A stretch of DNA of 64,000 bases from Clostridia bacterium. Its GTDB lineage: Bacteria > Bacillota > Clostridia > Christensenellales > Borkfalkiaceae. The DNA lies in the NCBI GenBank assembly GCA_017456055.1, contig JAFTKC010000007.1, positions 4,412 to 68,411 of the forward strand. Direction: 5' to 3'. Positions 48,051 through 56,126 of the stretch are shown one piece after another. The translations under genes were made by a program, and so were the position numbers. A model generated the notes under the pieces. The model was not told the DNA's origin and did not search any database. It saw only the letters and a program-made list of their open reading frames with translations. The stretch's first letter is position 1, and each line of letters begins with the position of its first letter.

Positions 48051-48078
48051 ATTTTAGTTAAACGTTAATTTTCTAAAA

Positions 48079-48453
48079 TTAAGCAAGTTCAACGGTTGCG
48101 CCAGCTTCCTTAAGTTTAGCAGCCATTGCTTCAGCTTCTTCTTTAGCAACGTTTTCTTTGATGGTTTTGCCGTTTTCAGCAAGAGCCTTAGATTCTACTA
48201 AGCCTAAACCGGTCACGTCCTTAATAACTTTGATAACGCCAATCTTGTTAGCGCCAACTTCCTTAAGAACTACGTTGAATTCGGTCTTTTCTTCAGCAGC
48301 AGGCGCATCAGCAGCAGCTGCAGGAGCAGCAGCAACTGCAACAGGAGCAGCAGCGCTTACACCAAATTCTTCTTCTAAAGCCTTAACTAATTCGTTAAGT
48401 TCTAAAACCGTCATACCTTTAACTTCTTCAATCATTTTTTGAATATCTGCCAT
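48079..48453 (-). CDS. rplL: 50S ribosomal protein L7/L12
   Basis: [38 protein letters not shown] lies 7 nt upstream of the ATG at 48453. Confidence 0.96.
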   Translation of the reverse strand: MADIQKMIEEVKGMTVLELNELVKALEEEFGVSAAAPVAVAAAPAAAADAPAAEEKTEFNVVLKEVGANKIGVIKVIKDVTGLGLVESKALAENGKTIKENVAKEEAEAMAAKLKEAGATVELA

Positions 48454-48524
48454 TTTTCTATCCTCCAAAATTCCTTTTTTTTAATTTAATAATTTTTTTT
48501 ATTGTTTTAGTTTTTTATGCCAAA

Positions 48525-49046
48525 CTAGGCTTTCTTTTCTGCAACTGCGTTAAGCGCAATAACAAGACTTCTTGGCATAGCCGATAGTACACCGACAAAG
48601 TTTGCGATAGGTGCTTGCAATGAACCGAGCATTTTTGCAACGAGTTCTTCTTTGCTTGGCATTGACGCAAGTTCTTTAACCCCTGCCTTATCTACCTTGC
48701 CTCCGTCTACGTAAGCACTCTTAACTTCAACTTTCTTGTCGTACTTTTTGCACGCTTCGATAATAACTTTTGATGCACCCGTTTCGTCTGCACCGAAAGC
48801 AACTGAAGTTGGGCCGTTTAAATCATCGTCAAAATCTTTAATTCCTAAATCGTTGAACGCGATTTTGATAAGAGTGTTCTTTAATACTTTGTATTCTACG
48901 TTGTTTTTTCTAAATTCTCTTCTTAGTTCGGTATCTTCCGCAACGGTTAAGCCACTGAATTTAACCAAAACTACTGACTTAGAATCTTGAATTTTTTGTT
49001 TAATTTCCTCAACAACTACTTTCTTTGCTTCTTGATTTGCTGACAT
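48525..49046 (-). CDS. rplJ: 50S ribosomal protein L10
   Basis: Typical L10 sequence, positioned upstream of rplL. Confidence 0.95.
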   Translation of the reverse strand: MSANQEAKKVVVEEIKQKIQDSKSVVLVKFSGLTVAEDTELRREFRKNNVEYKVLKNTLIKIAFNDLGIKDFDDDLNGPTSVAFGADETGASKVIIEACKKYDKKVEVKSAYVDGGKVDKAGVKELASMPSKEELVAKMLGSLQAPIANFVGVLSAMPRSLVIALNAVAEKKA

Positions 49047-49200
49047 TTTACTACCTCCTTTTAAGAATAAGAAAGCCCTTGCACACCAAGACGGAATACA
49101 AGGGCATAACCATAACTGAATTAGCCTTTTAATTTCGCCTCGGTTGGTTTTATCATAAGATAAATTAACACCTACTGTCTTGGGCTATTAAATTTTTATC
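49047..49200 (-). promoter_or_regulatory. L10-type leader with an attenuator hairpin (49075..49105 plus U-run)
   Basis: A leader of about 150 nt runs from a consensus promoter. It contains a GCCCTTG/CAAGGGC hairpin followed by TTTCTTATTCTT, just before the rplJ SD. Confidence 0.55.
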
Positions 49201-49206
49201 TACTTG

Positions 49207-49235
49207 ATTATATCACCCTTAGGGATATATGTCAA
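49207..49235 (-). promoter_or_regulatory. rplJ-rplL promoter (TTGACA, 17 nt spacer, TGaTATAAT)
   Basis: Perfect hexamers. The -35 abuts the rplA stop codon. Confidence 0.7.
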
Positions 49236-49922
49236 CTAAATTTTAACGTTAATTTTTACGCCAGGGCCCATAGTGCTTGCAATTGAAACGCTCTTAATAT
49301 AAGTTCCCTTTGCTGCTGCTGGTTTAGCCTTGATGATTGCTTCGATAAGCGCTTGATAGTTTTCTTTAATCTTTTCAACGCCGAAACTCTTTTTACCGAT
49401 TGGGCAGTGAATAATTGCAGTTTTATCAAGTCTATATTCAACCTTACCTGCTTTGGTATCTTTAATTGCCTTAGCAACGTCCATAGTCACGGTACCTGAT
49501 TTTGGGTTTGGCATTAAGCCCTTAGGACCTAAAACCTTACCGATACGACCAACCAAGCCCATCATATCTGGGGTGGTAATAATTACATCGTAATCAAACC
49601 AGTTTTCAGTTTGAATCTTTTGAATCATTTCTTCTGCACCAACGAAATCTGCGCCTGCTTCTTTCGCTTGGTCTGCCTTTTCACCTTTTGCTAAAACTAA
49701 TACTCTTACGTTTTTACCAGTTCCGTGTGGAAGAACCAAAACGCCTCTAACTTGTTGGTCTGCTTGTTTTGGATCTACGCCTAAACGAACGTGAAGTTCA
49801 ATAGTTTCGTCAAACTTTGCTTTAGCAGTTTCTAAAACGGCGCTAACCGCTTCGTCAACTTCGTAAAGTTTAGTTCTTTCAATAGCCTTTGCGCTATCTA
49901 TATACTTTTTTCCGTGTTTCAT
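49236..49922 (-). CDS. rplA: 50S ribosomal protein L1
   Basis: Canonical L1 sequence. Confidence 0.97.
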   Translation of the reverse strand: MKHGKKYIDSAKAIERTKLYEVDEAVSAVLETAKAKFDETIELHVRLGVDPKQADQQVRGVLVLPHGTGKNVRVLVLAKGEKADQAKEAGADFVGAEEMIQKIQTENWFDYDVIITTPDMMGLVGRIGKVLGPKGLMPNPKSGTVTMDVAKAIKDTKAGKVEYRLDKTAIIHCPIGKKSFGVEKIKENYQALIEAIIKAKPAAAKGTYIKSVSIASTMGPGVKINVKI

Positions 49923-49937
49923 TATAATTTACCTCCT

Positions 49938-49966
49938 GTGGTACGTGCGGGAAAACCCCTCCCACT
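49938..49966 (-). promoter_or_regulatory. structured motif AGUGGGAG-[hairpin]-ACGUACCAC directly upstream of the rplA SD (candidate L1-binding site)
   Basis: The reverse strand reads AGTGGGAGGGGTTTTCCCGCACGTACCAC-A-GGAGG. It shares flanks with the motif at 50416..50463. Confidence 0.45.
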
Positions 49967-49972
49967 TATATA

Positions 49973-50398
49973 CTAATCTATTACTTCTACACCCATACTT
50001 CTTGCAGTGCCGGCAATCATGCTCATTGCACTTTCTAAAGTATTTGCATTAAGGTCAGGCATCTTTAACTTTGCAATTTCTTCTACCTGTGCCTTGGTAA
50101 TCTTTGCTACTTTGGTCTTGTTAGGCGCTGCACTTGCGCTCTCGATTCCACACGCCTTCTTGATTAGAACAGGTGCTGGTGGAGTTTTGAGAATAAAAGT
50201 AAAAGAACGGTCTTGATAAATAGTCATTACAACAGGAATAATAAGACCTGCTTGGTCTTGAGTTTTTGCGTTGAATTCCTTTGTAAAGCCCGGAATATTG
50301 ATTCCGTGTGGACCTAACGTTGAACCTACAGGTGGACCTGGGGTTGCCTTGCCTGCTGGCAATTGAAGTTTTACGATTGCTGTGACTTTCTTAGCCAT
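49973..50398 (-). CDS. rplK: 50S ribosomal protein L11
   Basis: [30 protein letters not shown] lies upstream of the ATG at 50398. Confidence 0.97.
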   Translation of the reverse strand: MAKKVTAIVKLQLPAGKATPGPPVGSTLGPHGINIPGFTKEFNAKTQDQAGLIIPVVMTIYQDRSFTFILKTPPAPVLIKKACGIESASAAPNKTKVAKITKAQVEEIAKLKMPDLNANTLESAMSMIAGTARSMGVEVID

Positions 50399-50415
50399 AA
50401 TTAAATCCTCCATTC

Positions 50416-50463
50416 GTGGTATTACCGTCGCGCCAGTGTAATAAATTTAACGCAACTCCCACT
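50416..50463 (-). promoter_or_regulatory. structured motif AGUGGGAG-[hairpin]-ACGGUAAUACCAC directly upstream of the rplK SD (candidate L1-binding site)
   Basis: The reverse strand reads AGTGGGAGTTGCG...CGCGACGGTAATACCAC-GAAT-GGAGG. Confidence 0.45.
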
Positions 50464-50494
50464 TTTTATACCTTCGGCTTTTGCCGATTGTAGT

Positions 50495-51046
50495 TTAGTC
50501 TATTTTTTCTTCGGTATTATCTATTATCTTTTTTACTTGAACGAAATCAACTTCAACTTCGGTGCTTCTACCGAACATTTCTACGTTAACTTTCGCCTTA
50601 TTGCTAGAGTCGTTTATAGATAACACTTTTCCAGAAAATCCTTCTAGCGGTCCGTTTAAGATAGTCACGGTGTCGCCAACTGCGAAGTCTACTTCGCCCT
50701 TGAAGGTTTCAAGTCCGTTTCTTTCAACTTCTTCCGGAGTTAAAGGAAGCGGTCTTCCTTGTGGACCAACGAATCCTGTCACGCCACGAGTGTTGGTGAC
50801 GAGATACCAGATATCGTTTGAATATATCATCTTAAGAAAAACGTAGCAAGGAAACTTCTTTCTCTCTACAATCTTTTTCTTACCGTTTGCCTTTTCTTCT
50901 AAGGTTTCTTCGGTAGGAATTTGTATTTCAAAAATATTTTCTTGCAAATTGTTGTTTTCTATCAACTTTTCAAGGCTATCCTTAACCATTGCTTCGTATC
51001 CCGAATAGGTGTGGATAACGTACCATCTTGCTTGTTCTACTGCCAT
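50495..51046 (-). CDS. nusG: transcription termination/antitermination factor NusG
   Basis: ARWYVIHTYSGYE (NGN) and C-terminal KOW (GDTVTILNGPLEGFSGKV). Confidence 0.95.
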   Translation of the reverse strand: MAVEQARWYVIHTYSGYEAMVKDSLEKLIENNNLQENIFEIQIPTEETLEEKANGKKKIVERKKFPCYVFLKMIYSNDIWYLVTNTRGVTGFVGPQGRPLPLTPEEVERNGLETFKGEVDFAVGDTVTILNGPLEGFSGKVLSINDSSNKAKVNVEMFGRSTEVEVDFVQVKKIIDNTEEKID

Positions 51047-51048
51047 TA

Positions 51049-51354
51049 TTAACCTCTAAATCCGTTAATGAATAATCTCATAAGTTCAGTTAAGCCTGAA
51101 TCGAACGCAGTGATAACCACCAAGAAAAGAACAACGACAACGATAACAACGCCCGTTTGTTTTAAGACCTTGCCAAATGACGGCCAACTAACTTTCTTAA
51201 GTTCAGAGAACACGTCTTTAATTTTAGCACCCATTCTCTTAAAGAAGCCTGGCTTGCCGTTTTTCTTTTTATTCTTTTTTACGTTTGCTTGCGCTTTGGT
51301 AGTTTCGCCGTTATCAGCGATTTTACCAAGCATAGCGCCTTCTTTTTTTGCCAT
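51049..51354 (-). CDS. secE: preprotein translocase subunit SecE with a basic N-terminal extension
   Basis: ELKKVSWPS...TGVVIVVVVLFLVVITAFD, positioned between rpmG and nusG. Confidence 0.8.
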   Translation of the reverse strand: MAKKEGAMLGKIADNGETTKAQANVKKNKKKNGKPGFFKRMGAKIKDVFSELKKVSWPSFGKVLKQTGVVIVVVVLFLVVITAFDSGLTELMRLFINGFRG

Positions 51355-51405
51355 AACTTTGCCCTCTCAATTTTCCCCAATGGGAAATAAGGAAACAATT
51401 ATATA

Positions 51406-51570
51406 TTATTTTGCTTCCTTATGTGTAGTATGCTTTTTGCAAAATTTACAATACTTTTTCATTTCAAGTCTTTCAGTATCGTTTTTCTTGTTTTTGAAAG
51501 TATCGTAGTTTCTTTGTTTGCATTCTGTGCAAGTTAAAGTAATCTTATTTCTGTTGCCTTTCGCAGCCAT
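51406..51570 (-). CDS. rpmG: 50S ribosomal protein L33
   Basis: [22 protein letters not shown]...[14 protein letters not shown]. The ATG at 51570 follows GGAAGGTG. Confidence 0.93.
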   Translation of the reverse strand: MAAKGNRNKITLTCTECKQRNYDTFKNKKNDTERLEMKKYCKFCKKHTTHKEAK

Positions 51571-51625
51571 TTTAGCACCTTCCGAACATGAAAAAATTAA
51601 CACCCCGAATTCGAGATGCTAATGT

Positions 51626-51654
51626 ATTATACTATTTAATGCTCTTTGTGTCAA
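51626..51654 (-). promoter_or_regulatory. rpmG-secE-nusG promoter (TTGACA, 17 nt spacer, TATAAT)
   Basis: Perfect consensus, read directly from the sequence. Confidence 0.7.
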
Positions 51655-51655
51655 G

Positions 51656-51713
51656 TTTTTTTAGGCCTTTTTTAAATATTTTACCTTAATTTTTCCTTAT
51701 TTTTTCGCTCTTT
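51656..51713. repeat. six phased T/A tracts (starts 51656, 51668, 51679, 51690, 51700, 51711) immediately upstream of the rpmG -35
   Basis: The 10-12 bp spacing was counted directly from the sequence. Confidence 0.75.
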
Positions 51714-51721
51714 CTACATAT

Positions 51722-51772
51722 TGAAAAGACAACGCACCCGAACACAATATATTGTAATCGGGCGCGTCTTTT
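51722..51772 (-). terminator. terminator after the 51772..52695 membrane-protein gene
   Basis: AAGACaaCGCaCCCGA / TCGGGcGCGTCTT long stem. Confidence 0.65.
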
Positions 51773-52695
51773 TAATCTCTATAAAAGGTTTCTCCGCTAT
51801 CATCTGTTCTCCAATATCTTCCTAAGTCGTCTATGTATCTATCAGTATATCCATCAACGGGTTTCAACGTTCTTTCATATCCTCCTTCATTAACTTTATA
51901 GACATAACGTGGACTTGGTTGATACGCCCATCTTATCACTCCCGTAAAGTACATCAATATAGTATTAATAATCAAGACTGCAACTAATACAAGAGCAATA
52001 AAGGCTACGAAGAAACATAGCACAGTAAATAAGATAGTGATGATTGGGTAATATAATATCGGCGTTTTCCTTAATCTTATGAAAAACGCTAAAATTTTTC
52101 CACAAATCTTACCAATAAAATTGAAAATCTCAACGAATATTGCCATTATACCACTTGCCCTATTTTCCTTTTCGCTAGCCCTTTGTTCAATTGCATCAGC
52201 ATCAAGATTTACAAAATTAAATAAGTACATTATCAACAACCCAACGTGAGAAACGATTATTGTTAACACTTGCTCCCCAGCGCTCCCATCAACAGTATTT
52301 ATCGTATATTTCAAGTTCCACCTATCGTAAAGTAATAGCGCTATCGCACAAAACGCAGCACTTAAAACTACTCCAATAACAAAAGATAGAATTCTCCCCT
52401 TTTTTTGCAAGTTGTTTTCAAAATTAAAAGATACAAAATACAATACGGTCGGTAGATAACTTATAAACATCAATCCCACCATTATTGCAAGCGCCTGACC
52501 TGCCCAAATATTTCCTTTGTAAGCTATACCTGCTAACACGGGACTTAAGATTCTTATATCTACAAATCTTTCAAGTAGACCTAACACTCCAATAATTCCA
52601 ACGATTACGTACAATACAATCATTATAACCTTTAGTACGTTTCCTCCTGAACTTCTATCAAGTGATTTTTTCTTTTCCTTCATTTGTGTTTCCAT
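51772..52695 (-). CDS. hypothetical polytopic membrane protein with a soluble Tyr/Arg/Asp-rich C-terminal tail
   Basis: 307 aa, about 6-7 hydrophobic segments, GGAGGG SD. No family recognised. Confidence 0.55.
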   Translation of the reverse strand: METQMKEKKKSLDRSSGGNVLKVIMIVLYVIVGIIGVLGLLERFVDIRILSPVLAGIAYKGNIWAGQALAIMVGLMFISYLPTVLYFVSFNFENNLQKKGRILSFVIGVVLSAAFCAIALLLYDRWNLKYTINTVDGSAGEQVLTIIVSHVGLLIMYLFNFVNLDADAIEQRASEKENRASGIMAIFVEIFNFIGKICGKILAFFIRLRKTPILYYPIITILFTVLCFFVAFIALVLVAVLIINTILMYFTGVIRWAYQPSPRYVYKVNEGGYERTLKPVDGYTDRYIDDLGRYWRTDDSGETFYRD

Positions 52696-52728
52696 TTTTT
52701 GAAACCCTCCTTTGATATTGATAATCTA

Positions 52729-52757
52729 ATTATACATATTTATAATATTTATGTCAA
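52729..52757 (-). promoter_or_regulatory. promoter of the membrane-protein gene (TTGACA, 17 nt spacer, TGTATAAT)
   Basis: Perfect consensus, read directly from the sequence. Confidence 0.65.
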
Positions 52758-52773
52758 GCATTTAATATAGAAA

Positions 52774-52812
52774 ATATGTATTTTTTTATCGTGCATAGTA
52801 TAAAATACATAT
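52774..52812. promoter_or_regulatory. perfect 11-bp inverted repeat (ATATGTATTTT ... AAAATACATAT) bracketing the XRE2 -10 and ending at its ATG
   Basis: Arms at 52774..52784 and 52802..52812. TAAAAT (52801..52806) lies 6 nt upstream of the ATG at 52813. Confidence 0.6.
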
Positions 52813-53130
52813 ATGAATAAGAATTACGTTAAAGAGAGATATGCAAAAATTAGACTTGCTCACAACATTTCAGCAAGAAAATTAAGTTTTGAATTGGGAC
52901 AAAGCAGTGAATATATTAATCAAATTGAAACCGGAAAATCTATGCCATCATTAGAGGGATTATTCAATTTCTGTGATTATTTTAAGATTAGTTTAGGAGA
53001 ATTTTTTGAACAATCAATGAAATTCCCCGTAGAATACAAAAAAATCATACAAGAGCTCGACAAAATGGACGTTCTTGAGCTTAAACAAATTGAGGATTTG
53101 TTAAAACTTATTAATAGCAAAAAAAAGTAA
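52813..53130 (+). CDS. XRE-family helix-turn-helix regulator (105 aa)
   Basis: IRLAHNISARKLSFELGQSSEYINQIETGK is a typical HTH_3 motif. Confidence 0.75.
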   Translation: MNKNYVKERYAKIRLAHNISARKLSFELGQSSEYINQIETGKSMPSLEGLFNFCDYFKISLGEFFEQSMKFPVEYKKIIQELDKMDVLELKQIEDLLKLINSKKK

Positions 53131-53147
53131 TACGTAAAAACGTACAA

Positions 53148-53191
53148 TGATGTGAACCCAAATGTTTGCTTAAACATTTGGGTTCACATCA
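53148..53191. repeat. perfect 20-bp stem / 4-nt loop palindrome between convergent genes
   Basis: TGATGTGAACCCAAATGTTT-GCTT-AAACATTTGGGTTCACATCA. Neither side has a canonical U-run. Confidence 0.85.
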
Positions 53192-53204
53192 CTATTTGCT
53201 CGTT

Positions 53205-54041
53205 TTATATAAATTCATCTAGTTTTGACTTGAGTTTTCCCGTTAGAATTATCTTCCTTATCTTTTCTTCCGAAAAGGTGGTTAGTTTTTCATTTCCGTC
53301 TACTATAACCACTTCGTTAAGCGCGTCGCCGTCGATTAAATTTACTAGCCTTTTTACGCTCGCGTCTTTATCAATAGCAAATCTAGAAACCTTAACGCCT
53401 TTTAATAGTTTTTCTCTTGAAACACCTACGTACGCCCTAACGTAATTATTTCCCTTTTCCTTGCTTAGCGCCCCGAACAAAATAAATAGCGAGAAGAATA
53501 ATACCGAAAGATTTAAGGTGGAAAAAATTGATATAGTAAAGAGTACGAGTAGCAAAACGGATAACAAAACGCCTAAAACCTTGCAGACGATATTAGCCGT
53601 TTTTTTGCCAAACCTTACGCTTAAAAGGGCGCAAAGAATTCTTCCACCGTCGAGTGGAAGAGCAGGCAAAAGATTTACTATCGCCATACTTAGATTGGCT
53701 TGCATAGCAATCTCGGTATAAGGATAAGAAAGTGGATACACCCACCAAGATGCCACGAACAATACGGCTATAAGCAAATTGGTTAAAGGCCCTGCTAGAG
53801 AAATTATAACGTCGTCTTTAATAAAAGGCTTATCGAAATTCCCCTGCACTATAGCCCCAAAGGGCATAAGCGTAATTTTATTTAACTTATACCCTTTTAT
53901 CTCGGCAACTATGGAGTGCCCCAATTCGTGTGCGACGGCTGTTAGCGTACACACTAGAAAAATTAATATTTTTGAAGTAAATGCTGAATAAAGAAATAAG
54001 AGAATAAATAACGGATGAACTTTTATCCTTATACTGCCCAT
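53205..54041 (-). CDS. M50 site-2 protease with a C-terminal CBS-like region (SpoIVFB-like)
   Basis: HELGH in TM3, and LPALPLDGGR (the NPDG-type motif). Confidence 0.85.
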   Translation of the reverse strand: MGSIRIKVHPLFILLFLYSAFTSKILIFLVCTLTAVAHELGHSIVAEIKGYKLNKITLMPFGAIVQGNFDKPFIKDDVIISLAGPLTNLLIAVLFVASWWVYPLSYPYTEIAMQANLSMAIVNLLPALPLDGGRILCALLSVRFGKKTANIVCKVLGVLLSVLLLVLFTISIFSTLNLSVLFFSLFILFGALSKEKGNNYVRAYVGVSREKLLKGVKVSRFAIDKDASVKRLVNLIDGDALNEVVIVDGNEKLTTFSEEKIRKIILTGKLKSKLDEFI

Positions 54042-54796
54042 ACCACCGCGTTATCTATAATTTCGTAGCCCGTAATAAGCGCCCTTGAAGAATCGAAGAA
54101 GCAAGTGGAAAAGCCAACTTCTGCATATCCTACTGGGATATTGCTGTAAACTTGTTCGCCGACGTTAGAGTAAACGAACTTTAACCCGTCGATTTTAGAA
54201 GCAAAATTTTGACTGTGAGATAAAACGATAGAATATAACCCGTTCTCGTCTTGAGTCACACTCTCTACTACTGCGTCGCAAGGCGCGTATACGCTACCCG
54301 TGTAAGAAACGCTAGCAACCCCCTCTTCTACCACGAATTCAGTGCCATTTAAATTGAACACTGGAGAAAATTCACTAAATTCCCTTTGGTCAACGACGAC
54401 TTTTTCACTTTGAAAAAGTCCTCTCACAAAAACGTTAATGCCACTATTTTCGTTAACTAGGTTGGTGACTGCTATAACTGCGATAAGAGCAACTATTATT
54501 AACGACTGAAGGGTGACTAAGGAAAATTTAAACTTCTTTTTTTCTCTAATGCTAACGCTAGGCGTTTGCTCTAGTGAACTCTCCTCTCTAATAATAGGTA
54601 ATGTTTCGCCTTGACCTTCTTCTAACGCTTGCTCTTCCACTTGAGCGTTAACCTTGTCTACTAGTTCTTGCTTAACTGAGTCTGGCTCTGCCACTTTTAC
54701 TTTTTTAGTTCTTTTCTTTTTTATGGGCTTATAGGTTATAGTCGACGAACTATTTGGCATCTCGAGCATTGATGCGTATTGTAATTTTTCGTTCAT
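54029..54796 (-). CDS. membrane protein with a degenerate LytM/M23 domain (SpoIVFA-like)
   Basis: One TM helix. C-terminal GSVYAPCDAVVESV...IVLSHS resembles M23, but no HxxxD or HxH zinc ligands were recognised. Overlaps the M50 gene by 13 nt. Confidence 0.55.
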   Translation of the reverse strand: MNEKLQYASMLEMPNSSSTITYKPIKKKRTKKVKVAEPDSVKQELVDKVNAQVEEQALEEGQGETLPIIREESSLEQTPSVSIREKKKFKFSLVTLQSLIIVALIAVIAVTNLVNENSGINVFVRGLFQSEKVVVDQREFSEFSPVFNLNGTEFVVEEGVASVSYTGSVYAPCDAVVESVTQDENGLYSIVLSHSQNFASKIDGLKFVYSNVGEQVYSNIPVGYAEVGFSTCFFDSSRALITGYEIIDNAVVWAV

Positions 54797-54865
54797 TTTT
54801 TATTTCTCCTTTTGATTTTCTATAAAAAATATATTAATTAAAAATTTTTAATATTACCTTAAAAT

Positions 54866-54897
54866 AAAAACGACAAGAATAATTCCTGTCGTTTTTT
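54866..54897. terminator. terminator after apgM
   Basis: AAACGACAAGAA/TTCCTGTCGTTT stem with flanking runs. Confidence 0.7.
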
Positions 54898-54914
54898 ACC
54901 GAATTTTTAATTTT

Positions 54915-56126
54915 TTATTTTTCTAAAAATCTCTTCATTAACTGCTCGCCACTCTCTATATATAAGCCCGTGCCCAAAGCCTCTTTCTCGGTGTAAGCCT
55001 TTGCTCCGTTCCCTTTTAACTCATTACTTCTATAAATAATGAAAGGAATAGGATCGCTAACGTGCGTCATTTTACATAGTGGAGTTGGATGGTCTGGACA
55101 AATTAGCATTGAATACTCTTCGCCCCTGTTTTCCATCTCTTCTTTAATATATTTGACAACCTTTTGGTCAATTTGCTCGATAGAAAAAATCTTATTATCA
55201 GCGTCGCCGTGATGACCGCATTCGTCGGGCGCTTCTATGTGAATATAACAAAAATCTATCCCGCTTGCTAGTGCGTCCACACACGCTTTTGCCTTTCCAG
55301 AAAAGTTAGTATCGTAATTGCCGGTTGCTCCCTCTACTTCGATTACTTTCATATCGGCAAGTTTACCTATGCCTTTAAGTAGGTCTACTGCAGAAATCAT
55401 AGCGCCTTTTAAGCCGTATCTATCCTTAAACTTTTCTAAGCGTGGCTTAGTGCCTTCCCCCCAAAACCAAAGTGAATTTGCAGGGCGTTTACCTAAACTT
55501 ATTCTCTTTTTGTTTACGGGGTGGTCTTTAAGCAAGTCGTAAGATTTTACCATCAACTCAAGATATTCCTTGCCCACGCTACTCGTTGGCAAATGATTTT
55601 TTATAGGTTGATTAGTAATATCGTGCGGTGGTGTAAAATCTCCTGCTAGACTTCCGTTTTCAACCACTAAGCAGTGGCGATAACTTATCCCTGCGTAGAG
55701 TTTAACCTTTTCGCTATTGAGTTTTTCCGCCAAAAATTCTATAAGTTCTCTAGCCTCTTGGGTAGAAATTTCACCCGCCGAATAGTCTAACATGGTTTTA
55801 TCGACGTAGTTTTCTTCATTTGACAAGGTGACTAGATTTGCCCTTAAGGTGACGTCAGTATCTTGAATATTAATTCCAATACTTGCGGCTTCTAGTGGCG
55901 ACCTACCCGTGTAGCAAGCCTTTACGTCGTACCCTAAAACTGAAAGATTGGCAACGTCAGAGCCCGGCTTTAAGCCGTCGGGAATAGTCCTACATAAACC
56001 CACTTCTCCGTTTTTCGCCATATAATCGACGATAGGAATATTCGCCACTTCTAACGGCGTTTTATCGTTAAGACGCTTTTGGCAGTAATCTGCCATACCG
56101 TCCCCTAAAATTACTATATATTTCAT
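54915..56126 (-). CDS. apgM: cofactor-independent phosphoglycerate mutase, ApgM (archaeal-type) family
   Basis: MKYIVILGDGMADY... and HIEAPDECGHHGD. Its ATG overlaps the ung stop (ATGA). Confidence 0.85.
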   Translation of the reverse strand: MKYIVILGDGMADYCQKRLNDKTPLEVANIPIVDYMAKNGEVGLCRTIPDGLKPGSDVANLSVLGYDVKACYTGRSPLEAASIGINIQDTDVTLRANLVTLSNEENYVDKTMLDYSAGEISTQEARELIEFLAEKLNSEKVKLYAGISYRHCLVVENGSLAGDFTPPHDITNQPIKNHLPTSSVGKEYLELMVKSYDLLKDHPVNKKRISLGKRPANSLWFWGEGTKPRLEKFKDRYGLKGAMISAVDLLKGIGKLADMKVIEVEGATGNYDTNFSGKAKACVDALASGIDFCYIHIEAPDECGHHGDADNKIFSIEQIDQKVVKYIKEEMENRGEEYSMLICPDHPTPLCKMTHVSDPIPFIIYRSNELKGNGAKAYTEKEALGTGLYIESGEQLMKRFLEK

